A stretch of DNA of 64,000 nucleotides from assembly GCA_963826525.1 (NCBI GenBank), contig CAWGXH010000003.1:1-64000 (forward strand), written 5' to 3'. Position 1 is the stretch's first letter, and each line of letters begins with the position of its first letter. The stretch is from an uncultured Methanomicrobiaceae archaeon. GTDB lineage: Archaea; Halobacteriota; Methanomicrobia; Methanomicrobiales; Methanoculleaceae. A program made the translations under genes and the position numbers. Positions 8,750 to 19,412 of the stretch are shown here, piece after piece. The notes beneath the pieces were generated by a model. It was not told where the DNA came from. It saw nothing but the letters and a program-made list of their open reading frames with translations, and searched no databases.

Positions 8750-9120
8750 TTACGGAAAGAGGCCGGGGTCGACGCAGTCCCAGATCCGATACCCCTCCTG
8801 CCGGAGTGACTCTCTTCCGTCGATACTCCGTGCCGCAATCCCGACGGTAACCGCGCCCGATAACCCCCTGACCAGCGGCACCTTCTCCCGGAGGGCTGTG
8901 AGGATGCTCCGTGCTTCTCTCTCCGAGAGATCCCGATTCTTGATCTCGACAGCGAGGGTACCTTCGGTGCCGATGGCGAGCAGATCGATCTCATCGCCCC
9001 AGCGGTTCCACCACGTTCCGATCCGCTCGGTACTTCTTCGCCGAGAAGAATTCTGACCGTCTCCTCGAATGCGTGCCCGGCGAACGCCGACCACCTGGAG
9101 TCCCTTCTCGCGAAAATGAC
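8750..9120 (-). pseudogene. C-terminal DUF234-like fragment of an archaeal ATPase
   Basis: WSAFAGHAFEETVRILL (shifted frame), then IGTWWNRWGDEIDLLA...LAVEIK (PD-(D/E)XK-like). No P-loop region upstream. Confidence 0.7.
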
Positions 9121-9192
9121 CGACTGTCCGCCTTATCTGGCACACCCATCGGAGAATACTTCTGCCGTGAAGACAATCGCTTATCTACAGAC

Positions 9193-9507
9193 ATGCCAGC
9201 GGATAAAAGCCGGATTGTGGAATTGGTAAAGGAGGACGCCGTTCTCATCTCCCGTCACGCCCGAGTACGGATGTTTGAGCGGAACATCCGGACGGACGAG
9301 ATCATTGCCGTCATTGCGGCCGGAACGGTCATTGAGGAGTATCACGATGATGAACCGTGTCCTTCCGTACTGATCCTTGGTTTTATCGGGGAGCAGGCAT
9401 ATCATATTGTAGTGGCCATCTGCAATGATCACCTGCGGATAATCACCGCGTATGTACCATCGGAAGAAAGATGGACGGGTGACCGGATCCGGAGAGAGCA
9501 AAAATGA
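9193..9507 (+). CDS. DUF4258 (RelE-like fold) putative toxin
   Basis: SRHARVRMFERNI...GTVIEEYHDDEPCPSVLILG...HIVVA...IITAYVPSEERW. Confidence 0.85.
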   Translation: MPADKSRIVELVKEDAVLISRHARVRMFERNIRTDEIIAVIAAGTVIEEYHDDEPCPSVLILGFIGEQAYHIVVAICNDHLRIITAYVPSEERWTGDRIRREQK

Positions 9508-9749
9508 TTCCCAAAACGTGCAGCCTCTGCAAAGGAACCCTTGCTGAAGGAAAGACTGAGTTCCTCGTACGGGTACATGACGAGGTCATTGTCATCCGTG
9601 ATGTCCCGGCGTACATCTGCGATCGGTGCGGCGAGGCATACTTCACGGCAGAGATCTCACGGAAGATCGACGCGATTATGGATGAAGCACACCGGGGCAC
9701 TATCTGCCTGCATCCGCTCGCCGCCGGCGAGATCACGCTTGCCGAGTAG
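9504..9749 (+). CDS. YgiT/MqsA-type zinc-finger putative antitoxin
   Basis: CSLCKG...IVIRDVPAYICDRCGEAYF; ATGA overlap with DUF4258. Confidence 0.9.
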   Translation: MIPKTCSLCKGTLAEGKTEFLVRVHDEVIVIRDVPAYICDRCGEAYFTAEISRKIDAIMDEAHRGTICLHPLAAGEITLAE

Positions 9750-9824
9750 TGGCGTCTCGTGGCGCCTGCCGGCCGGCAGGAGAGTGCGATATCTTTTTCC
9801 CCGATTGGTATATATTTTTACCAT

Positions 9825-10370
9825 GTGGAACAAAATTTGACCATCCAAATCGTCGGCCTGCTCCTCAAAGGTGATTCATACCCGCGCAGTCTTGCAAAAG
9901 ATCTGGATGTTTCGCACCCTACTGTTCTGCGGAAGCTCAAGAGCCTCCTCGAAGAAAATGTCGTCGACTTCAGGGTCGAGGGAAAGAATACGGTGTACTT
10001 TCTGAAAAAGAGCATCGAAGCGCGGGTGTACGTCTACATGGCAGAGTGGTATTCGCTCGGGACGACGATCGAGTCTGCCCCGCACCTGCGTTCCATTATC
10101 AGAGCAATTCAGGAAGAAAAAGACGTTCCGCTTGCGATACTCTTTGGCAGTTATGCAAAGGGGACGCGAGGCCCCTCGAGCGATATCGACGTCTATCTCG
10201 AGACGAGCGACCGGGATCTGAAGCGCGACCTTGAAAGAAGGCATAGCAGGCTCAGCATAAAAATTGGCGTCTGGGATCCTGAAAATCTGCTTGTACAGGA
10301 GATCGTGAAAAACCATGTTATCCTGAAAGGGGTTGAACGGTATTACGAAAAGACAGGATTTTTTGACTAA
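9825..10370 (+). CDS. Winged-HTH + nucleotidyltransferase (MNT) fusion
   Basis: PRSLAKDLDVSHPTVLRKLKSL...EGKNTVY (ArsR-like wHTH) and ILFGSYAKGTRGPSSDIDVY (MNT). Start codon uncertain. Confidence 0.85.
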   Translation: MEQNLTIQIVGLLLKGDSYPRSLAKDLDVSHPTVLRKLKSLLEENVVDFRVEGKNTVYFLKKSIEARVYVYMAEWYSLGTTIESAPHLRSIIRAIQEEKDVPLAILFGSYAKGTRGPSSDIDVYLETSDRDLKRDLERRHSRLSIKIGVWDPENLLVQEIVKNHVILKGVERYYEKTGFFD

Positions 10371-10831
10371 GCTCTATCGAGAGAAAAAGATCCGGATTGT
10401 CGATCCGAGTATTCAGGTGCAGGGGGCGTACCGGAGCAAATCGGAGAGTTATCTCATCTCCGCAAAGATTCTGCTCGAAAACGGGCGGCTCGAAGAGACC
10501 GTATCGATGGCGTACTGACAGTATGTACTACATGCTGCTCGCACTCCTCTTCCGAACCGGCATCCAGTGCGAGAATCACTCCGGAGCGATGATCCTCCTT
10601 GAGAGGCTGTATGGAATCGACAACTCCCGGATCGCCGCCGCCAAACGGGATCGTGTCGATAAGCAGTACTATGTCGATTTCGAGATCACTGCCGGGGACG
10701 TAACGGAATCGATCGAAGAAGCGGAGGTGTTCTGTGCGGATCTGCTGGATTATATGGAGCGGTTGCACCAGGGGGAGATCACGCGCCTTCGCCGGGAGGC
10801 ACTCCGGCTCCTTGAAGGGCGGGGTGAGTGA
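10333..10831 (+). CDS. HEPN-domain protein (COG1895-like), frameshift near 10515
   Basis: KSESYLISAKILLE...VSMAY/YSMYYMLLALLFRTGIQCENH...RVDKQYY; overlaps the MNT gene. Confidence 0.8.
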
Positions 10832-11676
10832 GAGGACATCCCATAATTATAAGGCGTCTTGAATAAAACTCAGGGTGTATGGCATTCCGGGAAATTGACG
10901 ATGACCTCTGGGCAATCATCAAGCCGCATCTCCCCGCTCAGAAACCCCATATCGGACGTCCGCGAACCGACCATCGTGCCATGTTCAACGGGATTCTCTT
11001 TGTTCTGACCACCGGCTGTACCTGGAGCGATGTACCTCGTAACTACGGCATAAAATCGACGGTACACCGCTTTCACCTCCACCTCGCCGAGCACGGCATC
11101 TATCAGGACATTTTCCTTGACATTCTCCGCGCCGGGTATACTCTCCAGAAAATCGATCTCACGCATTGTTCCACCGATACCAAGGATATTCAAGCAAAAA
11201 AGGGGGATCGACCGGTTATGATGGCTATAAGAAGGTGAATGGGAATAAACTGAGTGCTCTGGTCGATCAGAACGGTCTTCCGCTTGCCTGCACCGTCTTC
11301 CCGGCAAACATCCACGATTCCCAACTCTACGAGTCAACCGTCGAAGCGTTTACGATTCCGGATGCCCAGGTTCATCCCACGATTATATCGGCAGATGCAG
11401 CTTACGATTCTCGAGAGATTCGCCAATACAACCGGAAGAGGCGAATAAAAAGCAACATCCCGATAAACCCACGATCCCGGATACATCCGAAGCGAGGAAG
11501 GCCACTCTGGTTCGATCCGGAACTGTATAAGAGGAGGAATGCCATCGAACGGTTTTTCAGCTGGATCGAGGCATTCAAGAAGATCGTTCCGCGATACGAG
11601 CGGTATGAGTATTCATTCCTGGGCCTCATTCACCTGGCATGTGCCATGATGATCTGGAGAATTATGGGATGAGCTC
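10832..11676 (+). mobile_element. IS5-family insertion sequence (two-ORF, IS427-like), 845 bp
   Basis: 17-bp terminal IRs GAGGACATCCCATAATT / AATTATGGGATGAGCTC (2 mismatches); 3-bp TGA target duplication (10829-10831 and 11677-11679). Confidence 0.92.
10879..11672 (+). CDS. IS5-family transposase, OrfA/OrfB joined by -1 frameshift
   Basis: OrfA: WAIIKPHLP...GRPR...GILFVLTTGCTWSDVP. OrfB: GNKLSALVDQNGLP...ADAAYD...YKRRNAIERFFSWI. In-frame slippery A_AAA_AAG at 11196-11202. Confidence 0.92.
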
Positions 11677-11860
11677 TGAAAAAGCACCCTTCCCCTCTCG
11701 AGCATCCTCCTGTAAGTACGCGATAATACGTGCAAGAATTGGAGTTAATTGAGATCGCCAGTGCAACAATTGTCCCCTGTTAGATGTTCGGCCGTCCGCA
11801 CGATTCCACATATTAGATCCGACGCAAATCCTTATGTGGTAAACCGCAGTATACCTCAGT

Positions 11861-12097
11861 ATGTCTTCTACGACGACGATCAAGATCGCGAGCGATCTCC
11901 GGGACCGGCTCAACGCCCTGAAGATCCACCCTCGTGAGACCTATAGCGAGGTGATCGGCCGCCTGGTGGAGAACAGCGTCGATGACGAACCACTGAGTAA
12001 TGAGACAATCAAGGCTATCGAAGCATCGCTTGAGGATCTCAAGGCAGGTCGCATCTTTACGCTGGACGAGGTTATGGCGGAGATCTCCGAAGAATGA
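11861..12097 (+). CDS. Antitoxin (LKxHPRETY family) of RelE pair
   Basis: TTTIKIASDLRDRLNALKIHPRETYSEVIGRLV...DEPLS...DLKAGRIFTLDEV; ATGA overlap with relE. Confidence 0.85.
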   Translation: MSSTTTIKIASDLRDRLNALKIHPRETYSEVIGRLVENSVDDEPLSNETIKAIEASLEDLKAGRIFTLDEVMAEISEE

Positions 12098-12366
12098 CCT
12101 GGCGTGTCGTATTCACGGCGACCGCACGGCATGCCATGAAACGTATACCTAAGCCGGCAGCGCTTGCAATAGGAGCCGAACTCGCATCACTTGCCGGAGA
12201 ACCCGATCCGAAAAGATTCGTGAAAAGACTGCAGGGATCACAGAATCCGCCATTCTATTCCCTCCGGGTCGGTGACTACCGGGCTATCCTCTCCGTCATC
12301 GATGATCTGGTGATCATCCATGTGGTCGATGTGGGGCATCGGAGTAGTATCTATCGGAAGTACTGA
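12094..12366 (+). CDS. relE: RelE/ParE-family toxin
   Basis: WRVVFTATA...KRLQG...YSLRVGDYRAI...VDVGHRSSIY. Confidence 0.9.
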   Translation: MTWRVVFTATARHAMKRIPKPAALAIGAELASLAGEPDPKRFVKRLQGSQNPPFYSLRVGDYRAILSVIDDLVIIHVVDVGHRSSIYRKY

Positions 12367-12451
12367 CACTTTTCTTTCACGAGGCTGCCTAGCCGGTCGG
12401 GCAATCGTCTTTTCATATCTCTACCGCCTGGATCCTGCTACGGAGCCCGGC

Positions 12452-12642
12452 GAGACCCCCATCCGGTAGCTCGTGCACCGGGAGCTTCCGCACGTCACCC
12501 GGGTACGCCCGTCTCCGTCGTCCTTGGGAAGTTCTCGGAGCACGGGCGGCACGACCTGATCGTCCTCGACGAGAACGGCGGCGTCGTCGGGGTGATCCTG
12601 CTCACCGATATCTTCGGTAGGGAATGCGGAACCACTGCATAG
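12452..12642 (+). pseudogene. CBS-domain remnant
   Basis: Manual translation: ETPIR*LVHRELPHVT/TPVSVVLGKFSEHGRHDLIVLDENGGVVGVILLTDIF; internal stop, frameshift, no start. Confidence 0.6.
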
Positions 12643-12690
12643 AGCGGGTGCGGATCTCTGCCGCATTGCGACGGAGCGAAAAAAGGGGAA

Positions 12691-14523
12691 TTAGATGAAC
12701 CGCGGTTTCTTCGAGAGCTTCCGCGGCGTATAGAGCGGGCGATAGGGCTTGCCGGCGGTATCCGCCCGGACGGCGGCGATGAGTTCGTCCTCCGTCATCT
12801 GCACCTTGCAGGGCTTCTTCGGTTCGGAGAGTTTCCGCACCGTCACGGTGAGCTGCCCGGTCTCGGCCTCCTGGTCGCCGATGACCGCGACGAAGGGGAC
12901 CCAGTCCACACCGGCCTCGCGGATCTTCTTGTTCACGCTCTCCTCGCGGTCGTCGAAGTCGGCACGGACCCCGGCGGCGTTCAGGCGTCCGGCGATCTCC
13001 TCGGCGAAGGGGTGGTGCCGCTCGGCGACCGGCACGATCCGCACCTCTGTCGGCGAGAGCCAGGTCGGAAGTGAGGGCACTGCCTGAGCTCCGGTATTTT
13101 CGAGGAGTGCGCAGATGACCCGCTCGATGCTGCCCGTCGGCGAGCAGTGGAGGATCGGCGGGTAGACCTCCTCGCCTTCGGGGGTGTAGTCCTTGATCCC
13201 GAACCGGCGGGAGCTCTCGACGTCGATCTGCACCGTCGGGTTCTCGATGGGTCTGCCCTGGGCGTCGATCGCGGCGAGGTCGACCTTTGCGATCCAGTAG
13301 TGGAACCGCTCGGAGATGACCTCGATCAGCATCGGAACGCCGGAGTCGGCGACGATCGACTTGATCCAGGCCTCGTGGTCTGCGTAGAAGTCGCGGGTGC
13401 AGCGGAAGACGCCGACGAGCGGCGTCTCGAGGTCTCGCCCGGTCTGCCAGCCCATCCGGAGCTGCTCCTCGAAGGCCTGCAGGGTGCCGGCCTCGTCGCG
13501 GCAGAGGGTGTGCATATCGGGCATCGTGAAGGCGCGAAGACGCTTGAGGCCGATGACCTCGCCCTTCTGCTCGTGGCGGAACGAGTAGGTGGAGAGCTCG
13601 TACATCTTCATCGGGAGCGTATTCGGTGAGATGTGCATGTCGTGCATGATCGAGAACATCCCGAAGCACGCCGCGAACCGGAGCATCATATCGCGGTTGC
13701 CGCTCTTGAACCGGTACTGCCGCTCGCCGAACTTCCCGGCGTGCTCGTTGATCGCCGTATTGCCGAGGTCGTACATCACCGGCGTCTCGACCGGCATCCC
13801 GCCGTAGTCGAGGACGAGGCCGAGGACGTAGTCGGCGAGGAGGTCGCGGACGAGCTTGCCGCGGGGCATCCAGCGGTGGTGGCCGACGTCGGAGAGCGCC
13901 TCGTAGTCGACGAGTTCCTTCGAGCGCATCAGGCCGACGTGGAGCGGCTCGCCGCCCTCAGCGCCGGGAAGGCCGATCTCCTTCTTGACGAGAGCGCCGA
14001 AGGCCGAGTCGTCGGCGTACTCGGTCGCATCCTTCCGCTCGCCGGTGGGGGTCAGCACGAAGAACTCGTGCTCGATCGCCTTCTTCGCCGCCGCTTCGGC
14101 AGCGCCGGGGACGATCGTCCGGGAGAGCTCGGAGAGCGGGTGGCCCTTGCAGGAGAGGGTGAACGCCTTGTACCAGCCGAAGGGCGCCCGCTTCACCGTC
14201 ATCCCCTCGTCCGCGGCGAGTGCCTCCTCGATCCCCTTCAGGGCGGCGACCGCCGCTTCCGGAGACGCGAGGTCGCTCGAGAGGTGGGCGTAGGGGTAGA
14301 TCATGATGTTCGTAACGCCGAGCTGGCCCGCGGTCGACCGGATCTCGGCGACCGCCTGCCGGACGGCGTCGTCCGCGTTCTCTTCGTCGACCGCCTCAAC
14401 CGCGCAGAAGACGGTGAGCGCCTCGTCGAGCATATCCTTTACGACGGCTGCTTCTTCGGCGAGCTTCGTCTTCTTTCGTGCTTCGTATTCGATATGGTCT
14501 GAGTGTATCAGGAGAAGTCGCAT
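12691..14523 (-). CDS. thrS: Threonyl-tRNA synthetase, archaeal type
   Basis: MRLLLIHSD editing domain, [39 protein letters not shown]. Confidence 0.97.
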   Translation of the reverse strand: MRLLLIHSDHIEYEARKKTKLAEEAAVVKDMLDEALTVFCAVEAVDEENADDAVRQAVAEIRSTAGQLGVTNIMIYPYAHLSSDLASPEAAVAALKGIEEALAADEGMTVKRAPFGWYKAFTLSCKGHPLSELSRTIVPGAAEAAAKKAIEHEFFVLTPTGERKDATEYADDSAFGALVKKEIGLPGAEGGEPLHVGLMRSKELVDYEALSDVGHHRWMPRGKLVRDLLADYVLGLVLDYGGMPVETPVMYDLGNTAINEHAGKFGERQYRFKSGNRDMMLRFAACFGMFSIMHDMHISPNTLPMKMYELSTYSFRHEQKGEVIGLKRLRAFTMPDMHTLCRDEAGTLQAFEEQLRMGWQTGRDLETPLVGVFRCTRDFYADHEAWIKSIVADSGVPMLIEVISERFHYWIAKVDLAAIDAQGRPIENPTVQIDVESSRRFGIKDYTPEGEEVYPPILHCSPTGSIERVICALLENTGAQAVPSLPTWLSPTEVRIVPVAERHHPFAEEIAGRLNAAGVRADFDDREESVNKKIREAGVDWVPFVAVIGDQEAETGQLTVTVRKLSEPKKPCKVQMTEDELIAAVRADTAGKPYRPLYTPRKLSKKPRFI

Positions 14524-14618
14524 GTCATAACCCCGGGAACATTCGTTAGCTATCTGTTTTTCATCTCTATATAGAGTGCGGCGTGGTGCGTATCCGGAAA
14601 AAACGGGCGCGACCGGAA

Positions 14619-15177
14619 TCAGGCGCCGCGCCGGTTCTCGTGGTAGCGGGAGAGCGTCGCCTGCCGCTGGTCCATGTATTTTGCATCCCCTTTGAGATTA
14701 TACGGGCGCTCGGCGCGCTCGGTTGCGTAGAAGACCAGCTGGCCGATCGGCATCCCGGCGTATATCTTGACCGGCCGGGAGTTGACGTTGCACATCTCGA
14801 GCGTGATCGTCCCGCGGAACCCCGCGTCGATCCACCCTCCCGTCTGGTGGAGCTCGATCCCGAGGCGGGCGATGCTGCTCTTGCCCTCGATACTCGCGAC
14901 GACCTTGTCGGGGAGCTCGATCCGCTTCGTAGGTCTCGGCGAGGACGAACCGGCCGGGTTCGAGGACGATCGCGTCCGTCGTCGTCTCCTCGATCCCCGC
15001 ACAGACACTCTCTTTCTGGTAGGGGTCGATCACCTCGTCGCCCGGGACGTACCAGACAAAGTGGTTCCCGAGCCGGATATCGAGGGAGTTCGGCTGTATC
15101 AGGGACGGGTCGAAGGGATCGACCCGGATGAACCCTCGTTTGATGTGGTCCTCAATCTGCCAGTCAACAAGAATCAT
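14619..15177 (-). CDS. dcd: dCTP deaminase (frameshift near 14930)
   Basis: MILVDWQI...[11 protein letters not shown] / [10 protein letters not shown]...[14 protein letters not shown]...GMPIGQL. Confidence 0.92.
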
Positions 15178-15910
15178 TGATAGTAGTATCTCCCGGAACT
15201 CCGTTTATGGTTTCGTCTTTGTTCTCCATGTGCCACTCAGCCCGCCGCATCAGGCCGTGGAACGTGCTCGCCTCCCGGGCGGTGAGCTTCGCCCGCCCGA
15301 GAACGCGCTGCATCAGGGTCATCGTCGTATCCCGCTTGCAGTCGGGGTGGTCGATCCGGCCGAGGAAAGTGTCGATGTGGGCATAGAGCGCCTCCATCTC
15401 CGTAGGGGATGCCAGGCGGTAGGTCCCCCGGGGGAGGTTTGCGAGCTCGTAGCAGAGGATCCCGACGGCGTGGGAGAGGTTCAGGATCGGGTAAGTCGGG
15501 CTCGTCGGGATGGTGCAGATGAGATTGCTCCGCCGGAGCTCTCGGTTGTTCAGGCCCCAGTTCTCCCGGCCGAAGAGGATGGCGACGGTCCCGTCGATAT
15601 CGGCGACGATATCGCGCACCTCGGCGGGCTCGTAGTAGGGCATCCGGGTCGGGGTGCAGATCGACTTGCTCACCTCGCCGGTGGTGGCCACCACGAAGTC
15701 GTGCTCCCGGTAGACGTCCTCGAGGCTGCAGCGCCGGGCGTTCTCGAGGACGTCGCGGGCATGGGATGAGTGGGCGAGGGCCTCGCCGCCGAGCGGGCAG
15801 GGGTCGACGAGCACCAGCCGGGTAAACCCGAAGTTCTTCATCACGCGGGCGGTAAACCCGACGTTCCCCTCGTAGAGGGGTTCGACGAGGACGAATGCAA
15901 TCTCCGGCAT
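15164..15910 (-). CDS. trmJ: TrmJ/YjtD-family SPOUT RNA methyltransferase
   Basis: [40 protein letters not shown]. Confidence 0.9.
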   Translation of the reverse strand: MPEIAFVLVEPLYEGNVGFTARVMKNFGFTRLVLVDPCPLGGEALAHSSHARDVLENARRCSLEDVYREHDFVVATTGEVSKSICTPTRMPYYEPAEVRDIVADIDGTVAILFGRENWGLNNRELRRSNLICTIPTSPTYPILNLSHAVGILCYELANLPRGTYRLASPTEMEALYAHIDTFLGRIDHPDCKRDTTMTLMQRVLGRAKLTAREASTFHGLMRRAEWHMENKDETINGVPGDTTINDSC

Positions 15911-15917
15911 GGGGATC

Positions 15918-16616
15918 TTACTGCACTGCCCTGACGGTCGCCCGCAGCACGTCGGTGCCGTTATCGTAGACCGCGTTCCCGACGACGATCGTATCCGCGT
16001 ACCTGCCCATCTCCGCGGCGCGCTCGGCGGAGTTGATCCCGCCGCCGTAGTAGAGGACGGCGTTCTCGACCGCTTCGGCCGCGGCACGCACGATTGCAGG
16101 GTCGCCGTAGGTGCCGGAGTACTCGATGTAGACGACCGGGAAGCGGAAGTAGCGGTCGGCGACGCTCGCGTAGGCGGCGACGTCGGCCGGACCGATCCCG
16201 CAGTGCGCCCCCGTCACCCGGCCGACGGCCGACGCGGGGTTCAGGACGATGTAGGCCTCGGGCACGACCTTCTCCCAGAGAATATCGGTGCTTCTCCGCA
16301 GCCACGCCTGGTGCTTCCCGACGATCCAGCGGGCATCGTCGGTGTTCATCACGCTCGGGACGAAGAGGAGGTCGATCCCGTCGAAGATCACGCACTCGGG
16401 GCCTGCCGGCTCCACTACCAGGGGCAGACCGTGTGCGGCGACCATATCGAGGAGACCCCGCAGGTTCTCGGGCGTTACGTTCAGGGTGCCGGAGAGCATC
16501 AGAGCGTCCGTCCCGCTCGTTACCACATCCTCCACCGCTTTCGGGGAGATCGTCTTGTCGGGGTCGAGCTTGGTTACATGGACCCATTCTTTCCAGTTCT
16601 GCTGCATGGAGGTCAC
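15918..16616 (-). CDS. Geranylgeranylglyceryl phosphate synthase (PcrB group)
   Basis: HVTKLDPDK, GTDALMLSGT, EAYIVLNP, YIEYSG, YGGGI, VVGN. Confidence 0.92.
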   Translation of the reverse strand: MTSMQQNWKEWVHVTKLDPDKTISPKAVEDVVTSGTDALMLSGTLNVTPENLRGLLDMVAAHGLPLVVEPAGPECVIFDGIDLLFVPSVMNTDDARWIVGKHQAWLRRSTDILWEKVVPEAYIVLNPASAVGRVTGAHCGIGPADVAAYASVADRYFRFPVVYIEYSGTYGDPAIVRAAAEAVENAVLYYGGGINSAERAAEMGRYADTIVVGNAVYDNGTDVLRATVRAVQ

Positions 16617-19409
16617 GTCACGTTGGCGATAAGGGTGCGTATCGTGGCCGCCGGGATACCGGTGATGGCCGCGGTCTGGTCGGGGTCGGTCGCGCGAAGC
16701 GTCGCTTTATCGTAGATACCGGCGAGCAGGAGCTTCTCGAGCGTTGTGGCGCCGATACCGGGGGCGGCGAGCAGTTCCTCCCGGCCGCGTTCGTAGTTCC
16801 CCTTCGTGATCTTCGCCGGGACCGGGCGGTCGAGGTGCTCGCAGACCTTCTCCACATGTTTATATACGGTCTCCGGATTCAGGCCGGTTCTGTTCGCGAG
16901 GTAGGGGATCGGGAGGAGGCAGAATGCGTCGGGGCTCGTGATCCCCGCCTCCCGGTACTTCTTCAGGGAGACCGCGGGAACGCCGGCCTCTTTGAGCGTC
17001 CGCTCGTGGCAGATCTCGCGGGCGCTGCCGAGGAGCTCCTCGGCCTCCGCCTCGCTGATCCCCGCCTTCTTGAGCGTCGACGCGCGTGCCCCGGCGAGCG
17101 AGCGGATATCCCCTATCCCCTCGTCGAGGAGCTTTGCGAAGATCTTGGCGTGGCTCCGGCCGCGGCGGGGCGGCACGATCTTCCGGAGGAACTTCCGGAG
17201 CTCGGAGCGCCGGCGAAGGACGTTTAAGACCTCCCCGGCCTCGGCGATCAGCGTCGCCGCCGCATCCTCGGTGACGCCGGCGATCCCGGCGAGATTCTCC
17301 GGTTTCATCCCCGCGATATCGTAGACCGCGTAGACGTGCCGGGCGCGGAGGCGCTCTCTGATCGTGTCGGTCATCCCCGGCATCATGGCGAGCGCCTCGA
17401 CGTTCGACTTGATGTGGCTGCAGAGCGGGCAGCCGATGTTCCAGGGCGGCGCTCCCTTCCGGATGAGGCGGACGTGGGCGAGGTTGTGCTCGGCGCAGAC
17501 CTCGTCGACCCGGATCGCCCGCCCCCACATCGAACCCGGAAGGCTGATGTTGAACCGGCAGTCCGGGTATCCCGTGCAGCCGATGAACTGGGACGCGCCG
17601 GTATGGCGGATCCGCAGGTCCTCGCCGCAGACCGGGCAGGGGCCGAGGGTATGCTCTTCGGCCGTCTGCTCCATGATCTCGCCGCCGATCTCCTGCTCGT
17701 GCGCCTCGAGTTCGTCGAAGACCCGGTGGAGCATCTCGCGGGACTCGGTGACCACGTCCTCCCGTGTCCGCTGCTGCTCCTTGATGAGCTGCATATGCTC
17801 CTCGAGCGTCCTCGTCATCTCGGGTTCGGTGATGGTGTCGGCATGGTTGTCGAGGGCGTCGGTGACCGCACGGCCGACGAGCGTCGGGCGGAGGGGGTTG
17901 CCCTGCACGTAGCGGCGGGAGACGAGTTTTCCGATAACCTCGTGCCGGGTGCTCTTCGTCCCGAGACCGAGTTCCTCCATCACCTGGATCAGCTTGCTCT
18001 GCGAGTAGCGGGGCGGCGGCTGGGTCTGCTTCTCCTCGAGCAGGACGTCCCGGATCGGGAGCCGCTCCCCGATTGTGAAGGTCGGCAGGATATTCTCCTT
18101 GGCCTCGCTGTAGGGGTAGACCCGGCGCCACCCGGGGTCGATCAGCCGCCCGCCCGTCGCGGCGTAGGGCTCGCCGCCGGCGTCGAAGGTGCACTTGATC
18201 GTCGCCCACGTCGCGTCGGGCGAGAGCGTCGCGAGGAACCGGCGGACGACGAGCTCGGTAGATCTTCCAGCGGTCGCCCGCCAGCGCCTGCCTGCTCGCC
18301 GCTCCGGCGGGGTGGATCGGCGGGTGGTCGGTCGTCTCCTTCTTGCCGCGGGTCGGTACCGGCCGGCGGTTCTTCTCGACCCAGGCGGCGTCGGCATCGA
18401 AGTCCGTTCCGCGGAGCGTCTGGAGGATGCCGTTCAAGTTCAGCGACTTCGGGTAGACCGTATTGTCGGTTCTCGGGTAGGAGATGTACCCGTTCATGTA
18501 GAGGTCTTCGGCGATCCGCATCGCGTTCGCCGCCGAGAACCCGAGCCGGCTCGCGGCGACGATGAACGAGGTGGTATCGAGCGGGGTCGGCGCCCGGTCG
18601 GTCTTCTGCCCCTCCTTGATGGCGGTGACCGTCAGGGGCTCGCGGGTCCGTGCCTCGGCGGCGAGCGCCTCGGCGTGGTCGTCGAACTTCCCGTGGGTGT
18701 GGCGTGCCTCGACGGCTGTAGCGTCTTTCTCGGTCGCGAGGGAGAGCATCCAGTAGGTCTCGGGAACGAAGGACTCGATCTCTTTCTCCCGCTCGACGAT
18801 CATCGCGAGCGTCGGGCTCTGCACCCGGCCGACGGAGAGGATATTGGCGCCGCCCCTTCTCGCGGCGATACTGATGAACCGGGTGAGCGAGGCTCCCCAC
18901 ATCAGGTCGATCGCCTGGCGTGCCTCGCCGGCCGCGGCGAGCGCGAAGTCGATCTCGGTGAGGTTCGCAAAAGCCTGCCGTATCTCCTGCGGGGTGATCG
19001 CCGAGAAGCGGGCGCGGTTGACCGGGACGTCCTTGTTCACGGCACGGACGAGCTCGTAGGCCTCTTTCCCGATGAGCTCTCCCTCGGTATCGTAATCGGT
19101 CGCGATCGTCACGAGATCCGCTTTCTTGGCGAGTTTCTGGATGAGGCCGACGATCTTCTTCTCGGTCGGTTTCTTCACCGTCCCGGCGTCGATCAGGCTC
19201 CGGGGCGTGTGGACGGTGCTCCGCCAGTTCGTATAGCCGGGTTCGAAGTCCACCTCGACCACGTGGCCTTTCAGCCCGACGACGGTCTTGGTATCGAAAC
19301 TGTAGGTGGAGACGCTCCCGTCCTTGTTCGTCCGCACCTTCTCGTCGCCCGCAAGGATGCCGGCGATACGGTTTGCCGATATATTCTTCTCTGCGATGAT
19401 CAGATGCAC
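16613..19409 (-). CDS. topA: DNA topoisomerase IA with Zn-finger and HhH C-terminal repeats (frameshift near 18258)
   Basis: LIIAEK, ATDYDTEGELIG, SVGRVQSPTL, ISYPRTD, HPPIHP / LGTKSTR, CPVCG...CTGYPDC. Confidence 0.95.
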
Positions 19410-19412
19410 TGC

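Noticed and set aside
1300-12642. Canonical integron or tRNA-integrated provirus
   Set aside because: No integrase, no RYYYAAC/GTTRRRY attC ends, no duplicated tRNA-Gln 3' end and no viral structural genes seen.
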